Positions 1 through 13,061 of a DNA stretch of 64,000 nucleotides are shown here, piece by piece. The stretch is taken from positions 3,011,968-3,075,967 of the forward strand of contig JAWQFM010000001.1 of assembly GCA_033442325.1 (NCBI GenBank). The letters run 5' to 3'. The notes beneath the pieces were generated by a model that was not told where the DNA came from, ran no database searches, and saw nothing but the letters and a program-made list of their open reading frames with translations. Every line of letters begins with the position of its first letter. The stretch's first letter is position 1. The translations under genes were made by a program, and so were the position numbers. The stretch is from Salpingoeca rosetta. Its lineage: Eukaryota > Protista > Choanoflagellata.

Positions 1-5
1 GCAAC

Positions 6-153
6 CTGCACATCCTTTGCGCCGTGCGGCAGCAGCACAACGCTGTGATACGACGAGGGTCGGTGAGCAAGAGCAGTGAGGCTGGAAGCACCATCATCAC
101 ACCAACAAGACACAAGGTATGCGAACAACACTCGATCGCCCGATCGCCTTGCA

Positions 154-187
<34 letters not shown>

Positions 188-432
188 ACAGACACACAGA
201 CACACAGACACACAGACACACAGACACACATACACAGACACACACAGACACACAGACACACAGACACACAGAGACACACATACACAGACACACACACATG
301 GACACACACAACCAACCTTGGCTTCTTGTTTGCGTGATCGGCATTCCACGGCTCGCGGAACTTGTCATAGTCGGGGTGGGATGGGAGCAGGAACTCCCCA
401 CGGAACCCCTCGGGCTTGGTGAGCTCGGCCAT
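6..432 (-). CDS. FAD-linked oxidoreductase (FAD_binding_4 / berberine-bridge-enzyme-like), first two exons (432-317, 42-6); gene continues beyond the window start
   Basis: Spliced product [38 protein letters not shown]|[13 protein letters not shown] fits the family N-terminus (G...P....Y...R..WN......P.vvv.P....DV). Junctions are GT-AG and in frame. Confidence 0.75.
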
Positions 433-726
433 GAGTGCGGTGCGGTAAGGTGTGGTGTGGTTGCAGGTACAGTTGGAGGAGCGATTGTGGATGGTGGGTT
501 GGTTGAAATGCACACAAAGCAAAAGGAGAAGGCGTTTTGCAGTGGTTTGGTGTGTTTTACTTCATGTTGCAATCAATCAGTGACTCTGGCGGTGACATGA
601 AGCAGCGTCAACAAGCAATCAATCATCAAACACGAAGCACATGCAATCCACCCACACCCACACATGCACACACACACCCACACACCCACACACCCACACA
701 TGCACACACACACACATGCACACACA

Positions 727-757
<31 letters not shown>

Positions 758-762
758 GCGAG

Positions 763-2841
763 CTACACATCCGATTGCTTGTCTTGTGGGTGGCTGTCTC
801 TAGGCGAAGTGGTAACACTTGGGTGCAGCTTGGCTGGGTGCACCTTGTTGTTGGTGCAAACAGAGGCTCGCAGGCTGCGTCTGGGCTGCTGGCTGCGCTG
901 CTCGTAGTCGTCCGTATTGCTCGCTGTCCCACTCGCAAACACACTCTCTGTGAAGCTCTCGTTGTCGCTGTAACCGTGGCTGGTGGTGTTGCTGTTCACG
1001 TGCTCCCCTTGCGCACCACTCGACCGCCCGCGCGTCTCGCGGGGTCCACCCCGCCATCGAGACTTCCTTCTCTTTGGCCGCTTACCACGGAACTTCGAAG
1101 GCACCACAGCTTGCATGCCCTCAACACTCTCGTGCAGTGATTGTCGCTCAAGATCAATCACCGCTTGCAAGTCGATGTCCTCACCATCACCATCACCATC
1201 ACCACCACCATTGCCGTTTACAGCACCATTCACATGACCGTTGCCGTTCCCGCTCGTCTGCTTTTCCGCTGCGTGGTTGTGGTCGCCTTCCTCGTCCTCG
1301 TCCTCCTCCTCGTCACGCTCCTCGTCAACAAGATACTGCCCACTCTCCGCAGGCGCGTACTCAAAGGGCATGGGGATGCGCCGCACAGCACGGAACTCGC
1401 CGCAGTTGTTCAGGTGCTCGTTCTCAACGCGGAAGAAGTTCCACACAAACCGCCGCCACATCTCGAAAAACGAGAGCAGCGCCACCAGCCCGTCGCTGAA
1501 AAACAGGTCAAAGTACCCCACGCTGATGCTCAGCGTCCACGACAGCCGAAACACAACGTCGTTCACCATCGCCAGGTAGTAGATGGGCACCGGGTACAGC
1601 ATGTCGCGGCGAAGCCACATGTGCTTGGCGTTCTTCGCAAACAAGCCCCAGTCCTGTTTTAAATCCCAGAATGTCGCATAGCAGGTGTTGACGAGGCATG
1701 CGAGGATCCACATGACGAAAAGCGCTGTGCCTGTGGGGGACTCGCCAACCAGCTGCCCATTGTCCTTGGCGACACCCGCCAGGGTGCTGAAGGTGACGAC
1801 GACGATGGAGGAGGTGTACTTGAGAGCGTTGTGGATGTGATGGTACTTGCGCGTGTCGCGGAAGCGGCGAAGGCACTGCATCAGGCGCCACCACGCAGGA
1901 AGCGCGGCAATCACGGCGCGGAGAGCACGGTGGGAATTGCGGCAGCGCGTGCCCAAGCCGTTGTAGTTGCCCGTGGTCACAACGCAGATGATAAACTCCA
2001 GGTCCAGCAGAACAACAACGAGGGAGTTGAACTGATCTGCCAGCCAGAAGTCCTCAAAGCGAACCGCCAGCAGTGGTGCTATTGCCATGCGCCCGACGAC
2101 GCGTGCGAGCCAATATCGTGCACGTCGCATGCTGCCCCACGGCTTTGCCCAGTACGCAACCAGCACGCACAGTAGGGCGACCGCACTCCACGGACTCACT
2201 GCAGTGCCAAGCTCGTCTTGAAACAGGTACGCGAACACGCTCACGCTCCACACAGCCATCAGCAGGCCCGCCGTGCCAAGCATCTTGATGTAGTTGGTGT
2301 GGCGCCGGTGGTCGAGCCCGAAGATGAGCACGTAGTTCACGTGGAACTTGCGCCACGTGTACATGTTGATGGCAACAAAGGCCAGCATGATCAGCGGGTA
2401 CAGCAGGCCGCGGTACATGGCAAACATGACGCGGTGGTCCGGGTAGTCTGCCACGCGGCTGCGCAGCGCAACCACAAGGATGATGCCCATGCAGAAGAAG
2501 AAGAACATGGCCCACAGCCCCAGCCCAAACGTCGTCCAGTCAAAGGGCTGAAACGCGTCCACGGGCACGCGCAGCTTCTGCATTGCACGCCGCCGGTCGC
2601 CGTGCTCCAGCCGCTCCGTGAACACCTGCTCGATGCGCCTGATCTCCTTCTCCAGGTCCGATGTCATGAACGGCGCAGCGCTCACCTAAGAGTGGTGTTT
2701 GCGGAAGGCAGGGGAAGGCAGGGGAAGGGGTGCTGAGAATAGTGGTGGTGGTGGTGATGTGCTGGGGAACGTGGTGGGGAACGTGGTGGGGAACGTGGTG
2801 GCAAGCGGAGCAGACACACACACACAGACACGCACACACGC

Positions 2842-2886
<45 letters not shown>

Positions 2887-3600
2887 CACACACACACACA
2901 GATACAGACAGACACACACAAAGACACAGACACGTGCGCGCACCTTGGCCAGCACTGTTGGCGACATGGTGAGACCCGTGACCTTGTCGTGCTTCTTCAT
3001 GATCTTGTAAAAGGCTGTGTTGTTGAGGTTACGGTATGCACGCAGCATGTCCAGGTTGCGGTAGTACTCCTGGAACGCCTTCTCCAACTGCTTCGTTTGG
3101 CTGTTCAGGATGCGTGACGGGTGTCGAAACCATCGCGTGAGTGCCTCTCGCCAGGACCCGTGCTCTTCCTGTAACACAGCAGCACGGGCACGTCGTCTTG
3201 CGTTTTTGCTGCGGATGGCTGCCACTGCGTGCTCGCCACCCGTCTGGTGTGCGACATACAGGGCGGCCAGTTGTGCCTCCAGGTCGTCACACGTCTTGCG
3301 GGCCTTGTCATCCTGCTCGAGGAAGAACTTGTTGACTTTGTCGAGCTCAGCGTCGACAGCTTGCAGGAATGCCTTCTCCTCATTGCTGTTGCTGATGGCC
3401 TCCAGCCGCTCCTCCTCCACCTCTTCCTCCGTCTTGAAGTCTGGTGAGACGTTTGTGGTCACCATGGGATGGAGGTCTGGGATGACACGCGGGAACTTGG
3501 TGCGGATTGCCTTGAGCAGCTTCTTGAGTCGTTTGTAGTTGACGTACGCGGGTCGCCATTCCGGGATAGCGTTGTTGAAGAGCTCATCACCAAACTTCAT
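763..3600 (-). CDS. XPR1: SPX-EXS phosphate exporter (XPR1/SYG1/PHO1 family), paralog A; exons 3600-2944 and 2685-763, ~859 aa
   Basis: SPX motifs MKFG...PEW...Y.YKRLKK and [18 protein letters not shown] motifs [52 protein letters not shown]. Phase-0 intron AAG|gt...ag|GTG. Confidence 0.95.
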
Positions 3601-4506
3601 TGTGACTGCGCCGCTGCGGCGTACAAGTCGTCAGCTGGTGTGAAAGCGCACCACTTGTCAGTACGCCACGTGTCGACCAAGCAACAACGGCGTGAGGTTG
3701 AGTGTGATCACCGCCCGCGCGCGAGACTTTGATCACACGGCAGTTTGCAGTGCCACGAACCTGAGGGCTCACAGACAGACGTTGCGCGATTGCAACACAG
3801 AGAGCCTGCAGTGGTTCTTGCTTGCACCCCTGTGTGCGTGTGCGTGTGTGCGTGTGTGCGTGTGCGTGTGTGCTTTCGAAAGCCGAGGGCCGGAGGCGGG
3901 GGGGGGGGTGGCGATATGTGTGCGTGTGTGTGTGCGTGTGCGTGTTTGCTGCACAGTTGTCGTCCTCATTCACCAACCAACGAACGCAAGCACACAAACA
4001 AAGGCAAACTTCTTCGTCCTTTGAGCAGCGAAATAACTGTTTTGCATGTTTTGGGCGAAGGAAAGCAGCACACGCGCACAGACACAGACGCAGACACAGA
4101 CACACAGCCATACACACGCACACACACGCACACAGACAGACAGACAGACAGACACACACACACACACACAACAGAGACACACTTCTCTCCATGCCCAGCA
4201 CTTCTATCCCATAAACTTCACAGTTGCTGGTTCACATCATGATTCAATAAACCATCTACGCCTAATCAACCAAGCAAAAGAGGATGGTCGTCGATACCTT
4301 CCGGTGACGCACACACATACACACATACACACGTACACACACATGCGCGCACAAGGAGAGGGAGGGAGCAATACCAAAAGGTTCAAGAGAACGCAACATT
4401 CAAGATACATGTACAAAGACCACTTGGTTCAGCCGCCAGCACCAGCAGCACGCCGTTGGCGAGTGCTGGAGCACGGCAAACGCACACACAGACACACACA
4501 CACATA

Positions 4507-4560
<54 letters not shown>

Positions 4561-4581
4561 TGCGCGCGCGCACACACAGGC

Positions 4582-4628
<47 letters not shown>

Positions 4629-4749
4629 GGCAGGCAGGCAGACAGACTTACATGTGCTCTCAACTCCCTCCTCGTAGTGGCGCATGTGTGATGTTCTCTC
4701 CGCAGTCACCAAGCCCACGGGCGCACAGGCGCCATCTTGGCGCTCGTCG

Positions 4750-6792
4750 TCAGTCATCAGACGAGCTGAGCGGGGAGTAGGTGGGCGAGAAGGAGCGGTA
4801 ATCGCCATGCACGGTGCTGCTCTCGTTCCTGTTGATGGATGAGGCTCCAAGCAAAGGCCGGGACGGGTCATCATCATCATCATCATCGTCAACATCACCA
4901 CCAGCAGCATCATTAGCGGCGTACAAGCCATCCAGCGTTGAATCAAGAGGGTGAGAGAAGGTCATGGACCGCAAGCGGAAAGCTGCGCCATCCAGCCCGC
5001 CTGGAGGCGCATACAAGGAGCCAGGGGTGTCGGAACGATAAACGGTGACGTCCTGACGAGCGGTGGTGTCGTAGGCCCTCATGACATCACCATCGTCGTC
5101 GCGTGTGTGCTGTGGAGATGCAAGGTATCCTGACAGCGAGGCGTGTGATCGGGCGTGTTGCGCGGCGCTGCCAACACTCAGGGACATGGGCCGTCCCCCG
5201 CCAAACGCATCGTTGACGCTGCTATCGTGGGCGAATGGCGGGCGCCGCTGCGACCCGTCATGCCCGCGCAACAGCTCCCACTCCGTCTCCGCCGGCACGT
5301 ACTCGAACGGCAGCGGAATGTGGCGCACAGCACGGAACTCGCCACAGTTGTTCACATGCTCGTTCTCAACGCGGAAGAAGTTCCACACAAACCGCCGCCA
5401 CATCTCGAAAAACGAGAGCAGCGCCACCAGCCCGTCGCTGAAAAACAGGTCAAAGTACCCCACGCTGATGCTCAGCGTCCACGACAGCCGAAACACAACG
5501 TCGTTCACCATCGCCAGGTAGTAGATGGGCACCGGGTACAGCATGTCGCGGCGAAGCCACATGTGCTTGGCGTTCTTCGCAAACAAGCCCCAATCATGCT
5601 TCAAATCCCAGAAAGCAGAGTAGGATGTGTTGACGAGGCATGCGAGGATCCACATGACGAAAAGCGCTGTGCCTGTGGGGGACTCTCCAACCAGCTGCCC
5701 GTTGTCCTTGGCCACGCCCGCCAGAGTGCTGAAGATAACGACGACAACGGACGAACTATACTTGAGAGCGTTGTGGATGTGATGGTACTTGCGCGTGTCG
5801 CGGAAGCGGCGAAGGCACTGCATCAGGCGCCACCACGCAGGAAGCGCGGCAATCACAGCGCGGAGAACATTCTCAGACGAGCGGCAATGGTGACCATCGT
5901 GAGCCATTGGGCCAAAGCGGCTCTTTGAGACGTAGCAGATGGTGAACTGGAGGTCGAGTAGGATGACCACGAGTGAGTTGAACTGATCTGCCAGCCAGAA
6001 GTCCTCAAAGCGCACATCGAAGAAGGGAGCAGCCACCATGCGCCCGACGACGCGTGCGAGCCAATATCGTGCACGTCGCATGCTGCCCCACGGCTTCGCC
6101 CAGTACGCAACCAGCACGCACAGTAGAGCGACCGCGCTCCATGGGCGAACAGTGGTGCCAAGCTCGTCTTGAAACAGGTACGCGAACACGCTCACGCTCC
6201 ACACAGCCATCAGCAGGCCCGCCGTGCCAAGCATCTTGATGTAGTTGGTGTGGCGCCGGTGGTCGAGCCCGAAGATGAGCACGTAGTTCACGTGGAACTT
6301 GCGCCACGTGTACATGTTGATGGCAACAAAGGCCAGCATGATCAACGGGTACAGCAGGCCGCGGTACATGGCAAACATGACGCGGTGGTCCGGGTAGTCT
6401 GCCACGCGGCTGCGCAGCGCAACCACAAGGATGATGCCCATGCAGAAGAAGAAGAACATGGCCCACAGCCCCAGCCCAAACGTCGTCCAGTCAAAGGGCT
6501 GAAACGCGTCCACGGGCACGCGCAGCTTCTGCATTGCACGCCGCCGGTCGCCGTGCTCCAGCCGCTCCGTGAACACCTGCTCGATGCGCCTGATCTCCTT
6601 CTCCAGGTCCGATGTCATGAACGGCGCAGCGCTCACCTAAGAGTGGTGTTTGCGGAAGGCAGGGGAAGGCAGGGGAAGGGGTGCTGAGAATAGTGGTGGT
6701 GGTGGTGGTGTGCTGGGGAACGTGGTGGGGAACGTGGTGGGGAACGTGGTGGCAAGCGGAGCAGACACACACACACAGACACGCACACACGC

Positions 6793-6884
<92 letters not shown>

Positions 6885-7603
6885 ACACACAGATACAGAC
6901 AGACACACACAAAGACACACACAAAGACACAGACACGTGCGCGCACCTTGGCCAGCACTGTTGGCGACATGGTGAGACCCGTGACCTTGTCGTGCTTCTT
7001 CATGATCTTGTAAAAGGCTGTGTTGTTGAGGTTACGGTATGCACGCAGCATGTCCAGGTTGCGGTAGTACTCCTGGAACGCCTTCTCCAACTGCTTCGTT
7101 TGGCTGTTCAGGATGCGTGATGGCTTGTGACACCACCATGTCAGCTTGGCAGACAATCGTGCGCGCCTCTCACGTAGCACAGCACGGGCACGTCGTCTTG
7201 CGTTTTTGCTGCGAACGGCTGCCACTGCGTGCTCGCCGCCCGTCTGGTGTGCGACATACAGGGCGGCCAGTTGTGCCTCCAGGTCGTCACACGTCTTGCG
7301 GGCCTTGTCATCCTGCTCGAGGAAGAACTTGTTGACTTTGTCGAGCTCAGCGTCGACAGCCAGCATGAATGCCTTCTCCTCATTGCTGTTGCTGATGGCC
7401 TCCAGCCTCTCCTCCTCCTCCACCTCTTCCTCCGTCTTGAAGTCCGGCGACACATCCGTGGTGACGCGTGGATGCAGGTTGCGCACCGTCCTTGGGAACG
7501 CGTTGCTTATCTCTTGCAGCTTCTTCTTCAGGCGCTCATAGTCAACGTACGCGGGTCGCCATTCCGGGACGGCGTTGTTGAAGAGCGTCAAGCCGAACTT
7601 CAT
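4750..7603 (-). CDS. XPR1: SPX-EXS phosphate exporter (XPR1 family), paralog B; exons 7603-6947 and 6636-4750, ~847 aa
   Basis: Same SPX and EXS motifs and same intron position as paralog A. The C-terminal tail is unrelated to that of paralog A. Confidence 0.95.
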
Positions 7604-7820
7604 TGCCCCTTGTGATCGCACGCGCTGGCAGGCGACGCACAAGATCGAAGGGCCTAGAGGGGTTGCTGCTCTCTCGGTTGTGTGTGTGTGCTGCTCACAA
7701 TCACGACCTTGTTGCGCGCTTCTGGTGTGTCCAAACAACAAAAAGCCTAGAAGGAGCAAAGGCAATTAACATAAATTTGTGGAGAGAGGGAAGACAGCGG
7801 AGCGGGGATTGACAGTGCGA

Positions 7821-7863
7821 GACGTGTGATGACGTGCTCCTGACGTGAGTGGCATGTGACGTG
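7821..7863. promoter_or_regulatory. Cluster of four (T)GACGTG motifs upstream of XPR1 paralog B
   Basis: GACGTG cores start at 7821, 7831, 7842 and 7858, about 220-260 bp upstream of the ATG. They resemble bZIP CRE/G-box hybrid sites. Confidence 0.4.
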
Positions 7864-8245
7864 ACAATGTGATGCTGGTCACATCACATACAGCCACGAT
7901 CTTTCATGCTTGTGGTGCAAAGGAGGTGCTGAAGAGACACACGCGCACGTGCCTTCTCCCATCCTCTTCTTGCTGGCTTGTTGGCGCATTTGTTGAGTGA
8001 TTGGATTTAGTGGTTGCCGAAGCTTGTGTACATGATGATGATAGTCAGATACGAGGCGAATCTCGAGAACAATGGCATACGCACGTGGTGTACAATACAT
8101 GCTGCACGCACATGGAAATGAGGTGGAATGGCACAGGCAGACAGATCGACGAATGGACCGACATGCAGATATGTAGGCCGACAGAGATAAAGACAGCCTC
8201 ACATCAGCACACGTGAACATGAAGACAACAACAGCCAAAGGTTTG

Positions 8246-10151
8246 TCACGAAGAGTGGAATGGACGCTTGCCGGAGGCTTTGCTTGCATATTGGTCCAGG
8301 GCCTGGCGAAACTTGCACAGGCGCTCGTGGTGCTGCTGCCGTGTGTGGTAGAACCGCTGTGCAAACGTGGCTAGCATGAGCGCGTGCTGCTGTGTGTCGA
8401 GCTTGAGGACGCGTTGCAAGATGGCCGGGTCACGTGCGCCAACGGCGCGCAGCACCCCGCGCCACGCAGTGGCCAAGGCGCGGTCCTGCATGCTGAGGCG
8501 TGTGACCGTGGCGCGGACGCAGGCTATCGCCCGCACATTGTCGCGGGCGCCTGACGTGTTGCCTTCGCTGCGTCTGCTCGTGGCCGAGGTGGCGAGCTTG
8601 TCGCAAGGGTCAACTGGCCGGAACACGTGCTTGATCGTGGCTGCGGTCCTCTTGTTGGGTGCTGGCGTGGGGCATGCGTTCTCCTTGTGCTCGGTCGGGG
8701 TGCGGAGAAGTGGGCGGCAGAGGCGTTCAAGCCGCCAGGCCACCTGCAGCATCTTGCCTTTCACGTTGCGTCCGTGCTGCTCAGCTGGTGTGGCTGGTGT
8801 GGCTGGTGTTGGTGTTGCTGATGATCCGCGCAGAATTGGGTGGAGGCCTGCGAGCTGGGCTGCCTCCTGCTTACCCTTGTCCGCTTCCTCCTGCTCCTCG
8901 CTGTCTCGAAGAAGCGCCTCGTAGACATCGAGCATGACGCGTCTTCGAATGACGTTTGCGTCCTCTTCCTCTTGCTCCTCCTGCTTCTCGTCTTGCTTCT
9001 CCCGCTGTTGCTGCTTCTCTCGCTTCAGCGTCGCCCCATCGCGGGTCTCTGTGCTATCCTTATGTTGTTCCTCCTGCTCTTCGTCGTCGTCTTCGTGTGC
9101 CTGTTGACCCTCTGTGTCACTCTGCTCATCACTCCGCTCGTTGCTGTCGTCGTCCGCATGCCGGCACAGCCCGGGAAAGGGGCTGGCCCTGGCGCTTGGG
9201 CTTGCCTGGCAGTACCCGTGCAGGATGGGTGCGTCGTGCGTGGCAATCTCCTTGCAGAGGGAGGCGAGGAGGGTGGAGGGGTCTGCGACGACGGCCTCTG
9301 CGACGGTGCGGTGCTTGGGGTCTGTGGCGTGCTGTCGCAGGAGGAGGTGCTTCACGCGCAGCCGCATGGTGTGGGCGACAATGGCCTGAACCAGCACGGC
9401 CAAGGTATAGACGGCATGCTCGACAACGGCACCAACACGCGCAAGCAGCCGCTGAAATGCACTCAGCCAGCGGTGGCGGTGCATGCGTTGTTGGATGGCT
9501 TGGCGCAGCTGCTGTTGGCGGGAGGAGGCGCCTGGCACCTTGTGCGGTGCTGTATCCTTATCGGCGGAGCAGTCGTCCTGCGCAGTGTCCATCGTGTCCT
9601 TGGCATCTTGTGCTGTTGTCTTGGCTGCTGCTGCTGCTGCTATTGTTGTGGCTGTTGTGGCTGTTGTGGCTGTTGTGGCTGCGAGGCGTGCACTGCGGTC
9701 AATTTCCTCCCAGATGCCCGCGAACACGTTCTTGAAGAAGCCGTGCACCAAGCCCTGGGCTTGGGTGCTGGCCATTGCCTTGAGGAGTGCTGCCTTGTGG
9801 CGGCGGTGGGCTGCCGCACGCCGATCTTCGGAGTGCGGGGTGTTCTGCAAGCTGATGCTGAGGTACTGTGGCAGGAGAACGTGCAGGACGTGGCGTTGAA
9901 TATCGGCCTCATCAAACGAGGAAGAGTCGTTGCTGCTCACGGGCGCGGGTGTGGAGGCCGTTCCAACTGATGATGATAGGCTTGCCATAACCTTTCTGTC
10001 TGTCGCTTCGTCTGAGGGGGAGGAGGAGGAGGCGGAGGCGGTCATCGCTGTTGAGGATGCGGTGATCTTAGCCACCTTCATGGGCCGTTCATCCCTGTCG
10101 TGATGTGTATGTGCATGTGTGTGCATGTGTGTGCATGTGTGTGCATGTGTG

Positions 10152-10189
<38 letters not shown>

Positions 10190-10215
10190 TGTGTGTTGTG
10201 TGTGTGTGTGTGTGT

Positions 10216-10246
<31 letters not shown>

Positions 10247-10567
10247 ACAAGCGGTGAGCGATACGCTAGGTGTGGTGGTGTTGATGATGGTGGTTGTTGA
10301 GAGCGGCTGGCACGAGCAAGCGAGGCACAGATGGCGTGTGTGTACGCGTGTGTTGTGGTGTGACGGACTCACTCGGCGCGTGCATGTGTGTGACAAGCGG
10401 TGAGCGATGTGTGGTGGTGTTGATGCTGGTGGTTGAGAGCGGCTGGCACGAGCAAGCGAGGCACAGATGGCGTGTGTGTACGCGTGTGTTGTGGTGTGAC
10501 GGACTCACTCGGCAAACTTGGTGGCGGTGGAGGGGTCATCCATGGTAGCGGTGATGGGCATGATCAT
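8246..10567 (-). CDS. Hypothetical low-complexity protein; exons ~10567-10509 and 10094-8246
   Basis: Long ORF with coding-like composition. The upstream exon MIMPITATMDDPSTATKFA splices in frame (GA|gtgagt...cag|G) to EDERPMKV. No recognisable domain; start codon uncertain (10567 or 10543). Confidence 0.6.
10243..10513. repeat. ~130 bp tandem duplication inside the intron of the hypothetical gene
   Basis: gtgacaagcggtgagcgat...ggcacgagcaagcgaggcacagatggcg...gacggactcactcggc occurs at ~10243-10376 and ~10390-10513. Confidence 0.9.
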
Positions 10568-12121
10568 CGTGTGGAGGGCACAGGTTGCTCAAGGGGGACA
10601 AGGCTGGTTTGGTGGCTTGCTTGTTGTGGTGCTTCGGTTGATCGATCGATATTGGCCGCTGTGCTCTGAGTGTGAGGGAAGGTGCGGGTGGCGCTGTTGC
10701 TGTTGTTGGGAAGAGGCTGAAGGGAAAATGGTTGCTGGACGCTCGAGCTGTGTGGCTATGGTTGTTGAGAGTGTTGTGGTTGTTGATGTTGTTGTGGCTG
10801 TTGTTGTTGTTGTTGTGGTTGGCGGCGCTTGTGAGTGATTTGTGTGTGCATTGTTGTGATGGCATAGCGATTCAATGTGGCGGGAATGTGCTGGGGTGGG
10901 TGATGGTGGCTGTTGGGCGAGGGTCTTGGGGGGAGGTGGGGGCTGGCTGCTTTTCGCGTTGATCGCGGTCCAAATATGGTATGGCATGGCAAACACCTTC
11001 ATGACGAACATATTCTCACCCACCCAGGCAAGTCAGGCATGCGCCTGCCATGACGACTTGTGCCATTTTGGAATGACATGATCGCCTGGTTGGTGATTGG
11101 TGATTGGTGATGTGAACACACCAAAGAAGAACCCGGACAAGCAAGGGAAAGGAAGGAAGGAAAGGCGAGTGCCGAGAAGGAGAGGAAGAGAGAGTTGTGT
11201 GTGTGTGTGGTGCGTGTGCATTCGTGAGATTCAGTGCGCTTGGCTCCAGCACGCTGCGTGTGCATGTTGGTATGTGGTGCGCAATGCTGCACGTTGTTGT
11301 GCTCTCGTTTGCGTGCTTGTGGGTTGGTTGGTGTGCGGCGTGGTTGGTTGTTGCGTGCTTGACAGTACCAGCGATTGCCCATACGCCATCATACGCCACC
11401 AACCCAGAGTAGCGAATAGGAATATTTGTTTAAATGGTGGCATAAATTTCCAAATGTCGTGACGTTTCGAGGCATGCCGATTACTCTTGTCAGGGTTTTT
11501 GTTGTGACGTGAATGTTGTGGTGATTGTGGTGTGATGGTTATTGTGGTGCGATGGTTATTGTGGTGCGATGGTGGTGATTGTGGTGATTGTGGTGATGGT
11601 GGTGTGCTTGTTGTGGTTGCTGGCTTGTTGTTCTTGCTTGCTTGTGCTTGTGCAGCATCAGTGTGTTTCATTCATTCGGGTTCATGGAAGAAAAGGCAGC
11701 GACTGTAACATTGGATGACACAAAAACAAACCACATCTCTGTCTGTGCGGGCAAGGCAGGGATACAACACCACTGTCGGCCGCCAAGGACGGGTGAGGGC
11801 CGCCAAACATGGCGCGGAAAAAAAAACACACGCACATATGCAACCAGGAAGCAGATGGCAGGAGAGAAAGAAAGGGCGGCAGAGACCGCACGCAAGACAA
11901 ACGGTGCGCTGCCCAAAGCAACAGCAACAACAAACACAAAGAAGCTATAACATACGCATGCGAACAAAAGAGCGCGGGAGGCGAGGGAAAGAGGGAGGAG
12001 GGGCGAGACAGCGTGGATGCGAGACGGCGTGGATGCCATCATCGAAAGGCAAAACCACAACAAAGCAGAAACAGAAACAAACAAAAAACAGGCACAGAAA
12101 CACAGAAACACAGAAACACAG

Positions 12122-12152
<31 letters not shown>

Positions 12153-12241
12153 AACACAGACATGGACACACGCAAACACAGACATGGACAAATCGGCTCG
12201 CTCACACACGCACACACGCAAAGCATGTCACGCTGCCCGCA

Positions 12242-13030
12242 TCACCAAGGGGTGCAAGGGTGGGTGTCGCACTTCTGCACGTAGGCCTCAAAGCGGCCGG
12301 TCGCCACGTGCATGAGGGTGGTGTAGGTGGTGAGGAGGTTGAGGTTGGGCTGCGCAGAGAGGGTGTTGTAGAGGCCGGCAAAGCCCATGCCGCTCGCGCC
12401 AAGCTGGTCCAGGCACGCCTCGGCCGGGTGGCGGCGGTCGTCAAAGAAGGGCGGCTCAACCCAGTTGTCATAGTTGGTCTCCAGCACGTAAAAGTGCTTG
12501 TTGTGCAGATCGTTCTCGAGCGTCCACAAGTGCAGCGACTCGTTGCTGGAGCGGGTGATGATGGCGCCCTGCTTCGCCTCTGCGCCGCCCAGGATCATGT
12601 AGGACGGGCCAACCATCTTGGCCGAGGTCAGCGCCTTGAGCGCGTCTGCATACGTGGCGTTGTTCTCCATCACGCTGCGCGTGGTGAAGGCAACAAAGTG
12701 GCCGCTGTGGTCGCCCTTGAAAAAGTCAATCAGGCCCTTCCAGAACGAGTTGTCAAACCGCGTGTCCACAGAGATGGAAAACCCGCCAGTCTTCATGCCT
12801 GCGATGCGTTGTGTGAGTGTGCATTTGTTAGGTGGGGTGGGTGGGGGTGGGTGGGACAAACAGTAAGAGCTGTGAGCCGTCGCAGACGGTATGCTTCAAG
12901 GTGATCAAGACGAAGCTGCATGCATGGTACGCAAGCAAGCAAGCAAGCAAGCAAGCAGGCAGGCAAACCAGCACGCACACGCACACGAACACACAAACGC
13001 GCAAGCACACGCACACACGCACACACATGA

Positions 13031-13061
<31 letters not shown>

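Noticed and set aside
24-1140. Many ORFs rich in HT/TH, CV/VC or TDRQ here and throughout the window
   Set aside because: They are translations of (CA)n, (GT)n and (GACA)n microsatellites in introns and intergenic DNA, not proteins.
10570-12200. Possible additional gene between the hypothetical gene and ASAH1
   Set aside because: Only low-complexity ORFs; I could not build a coherent spliced model.
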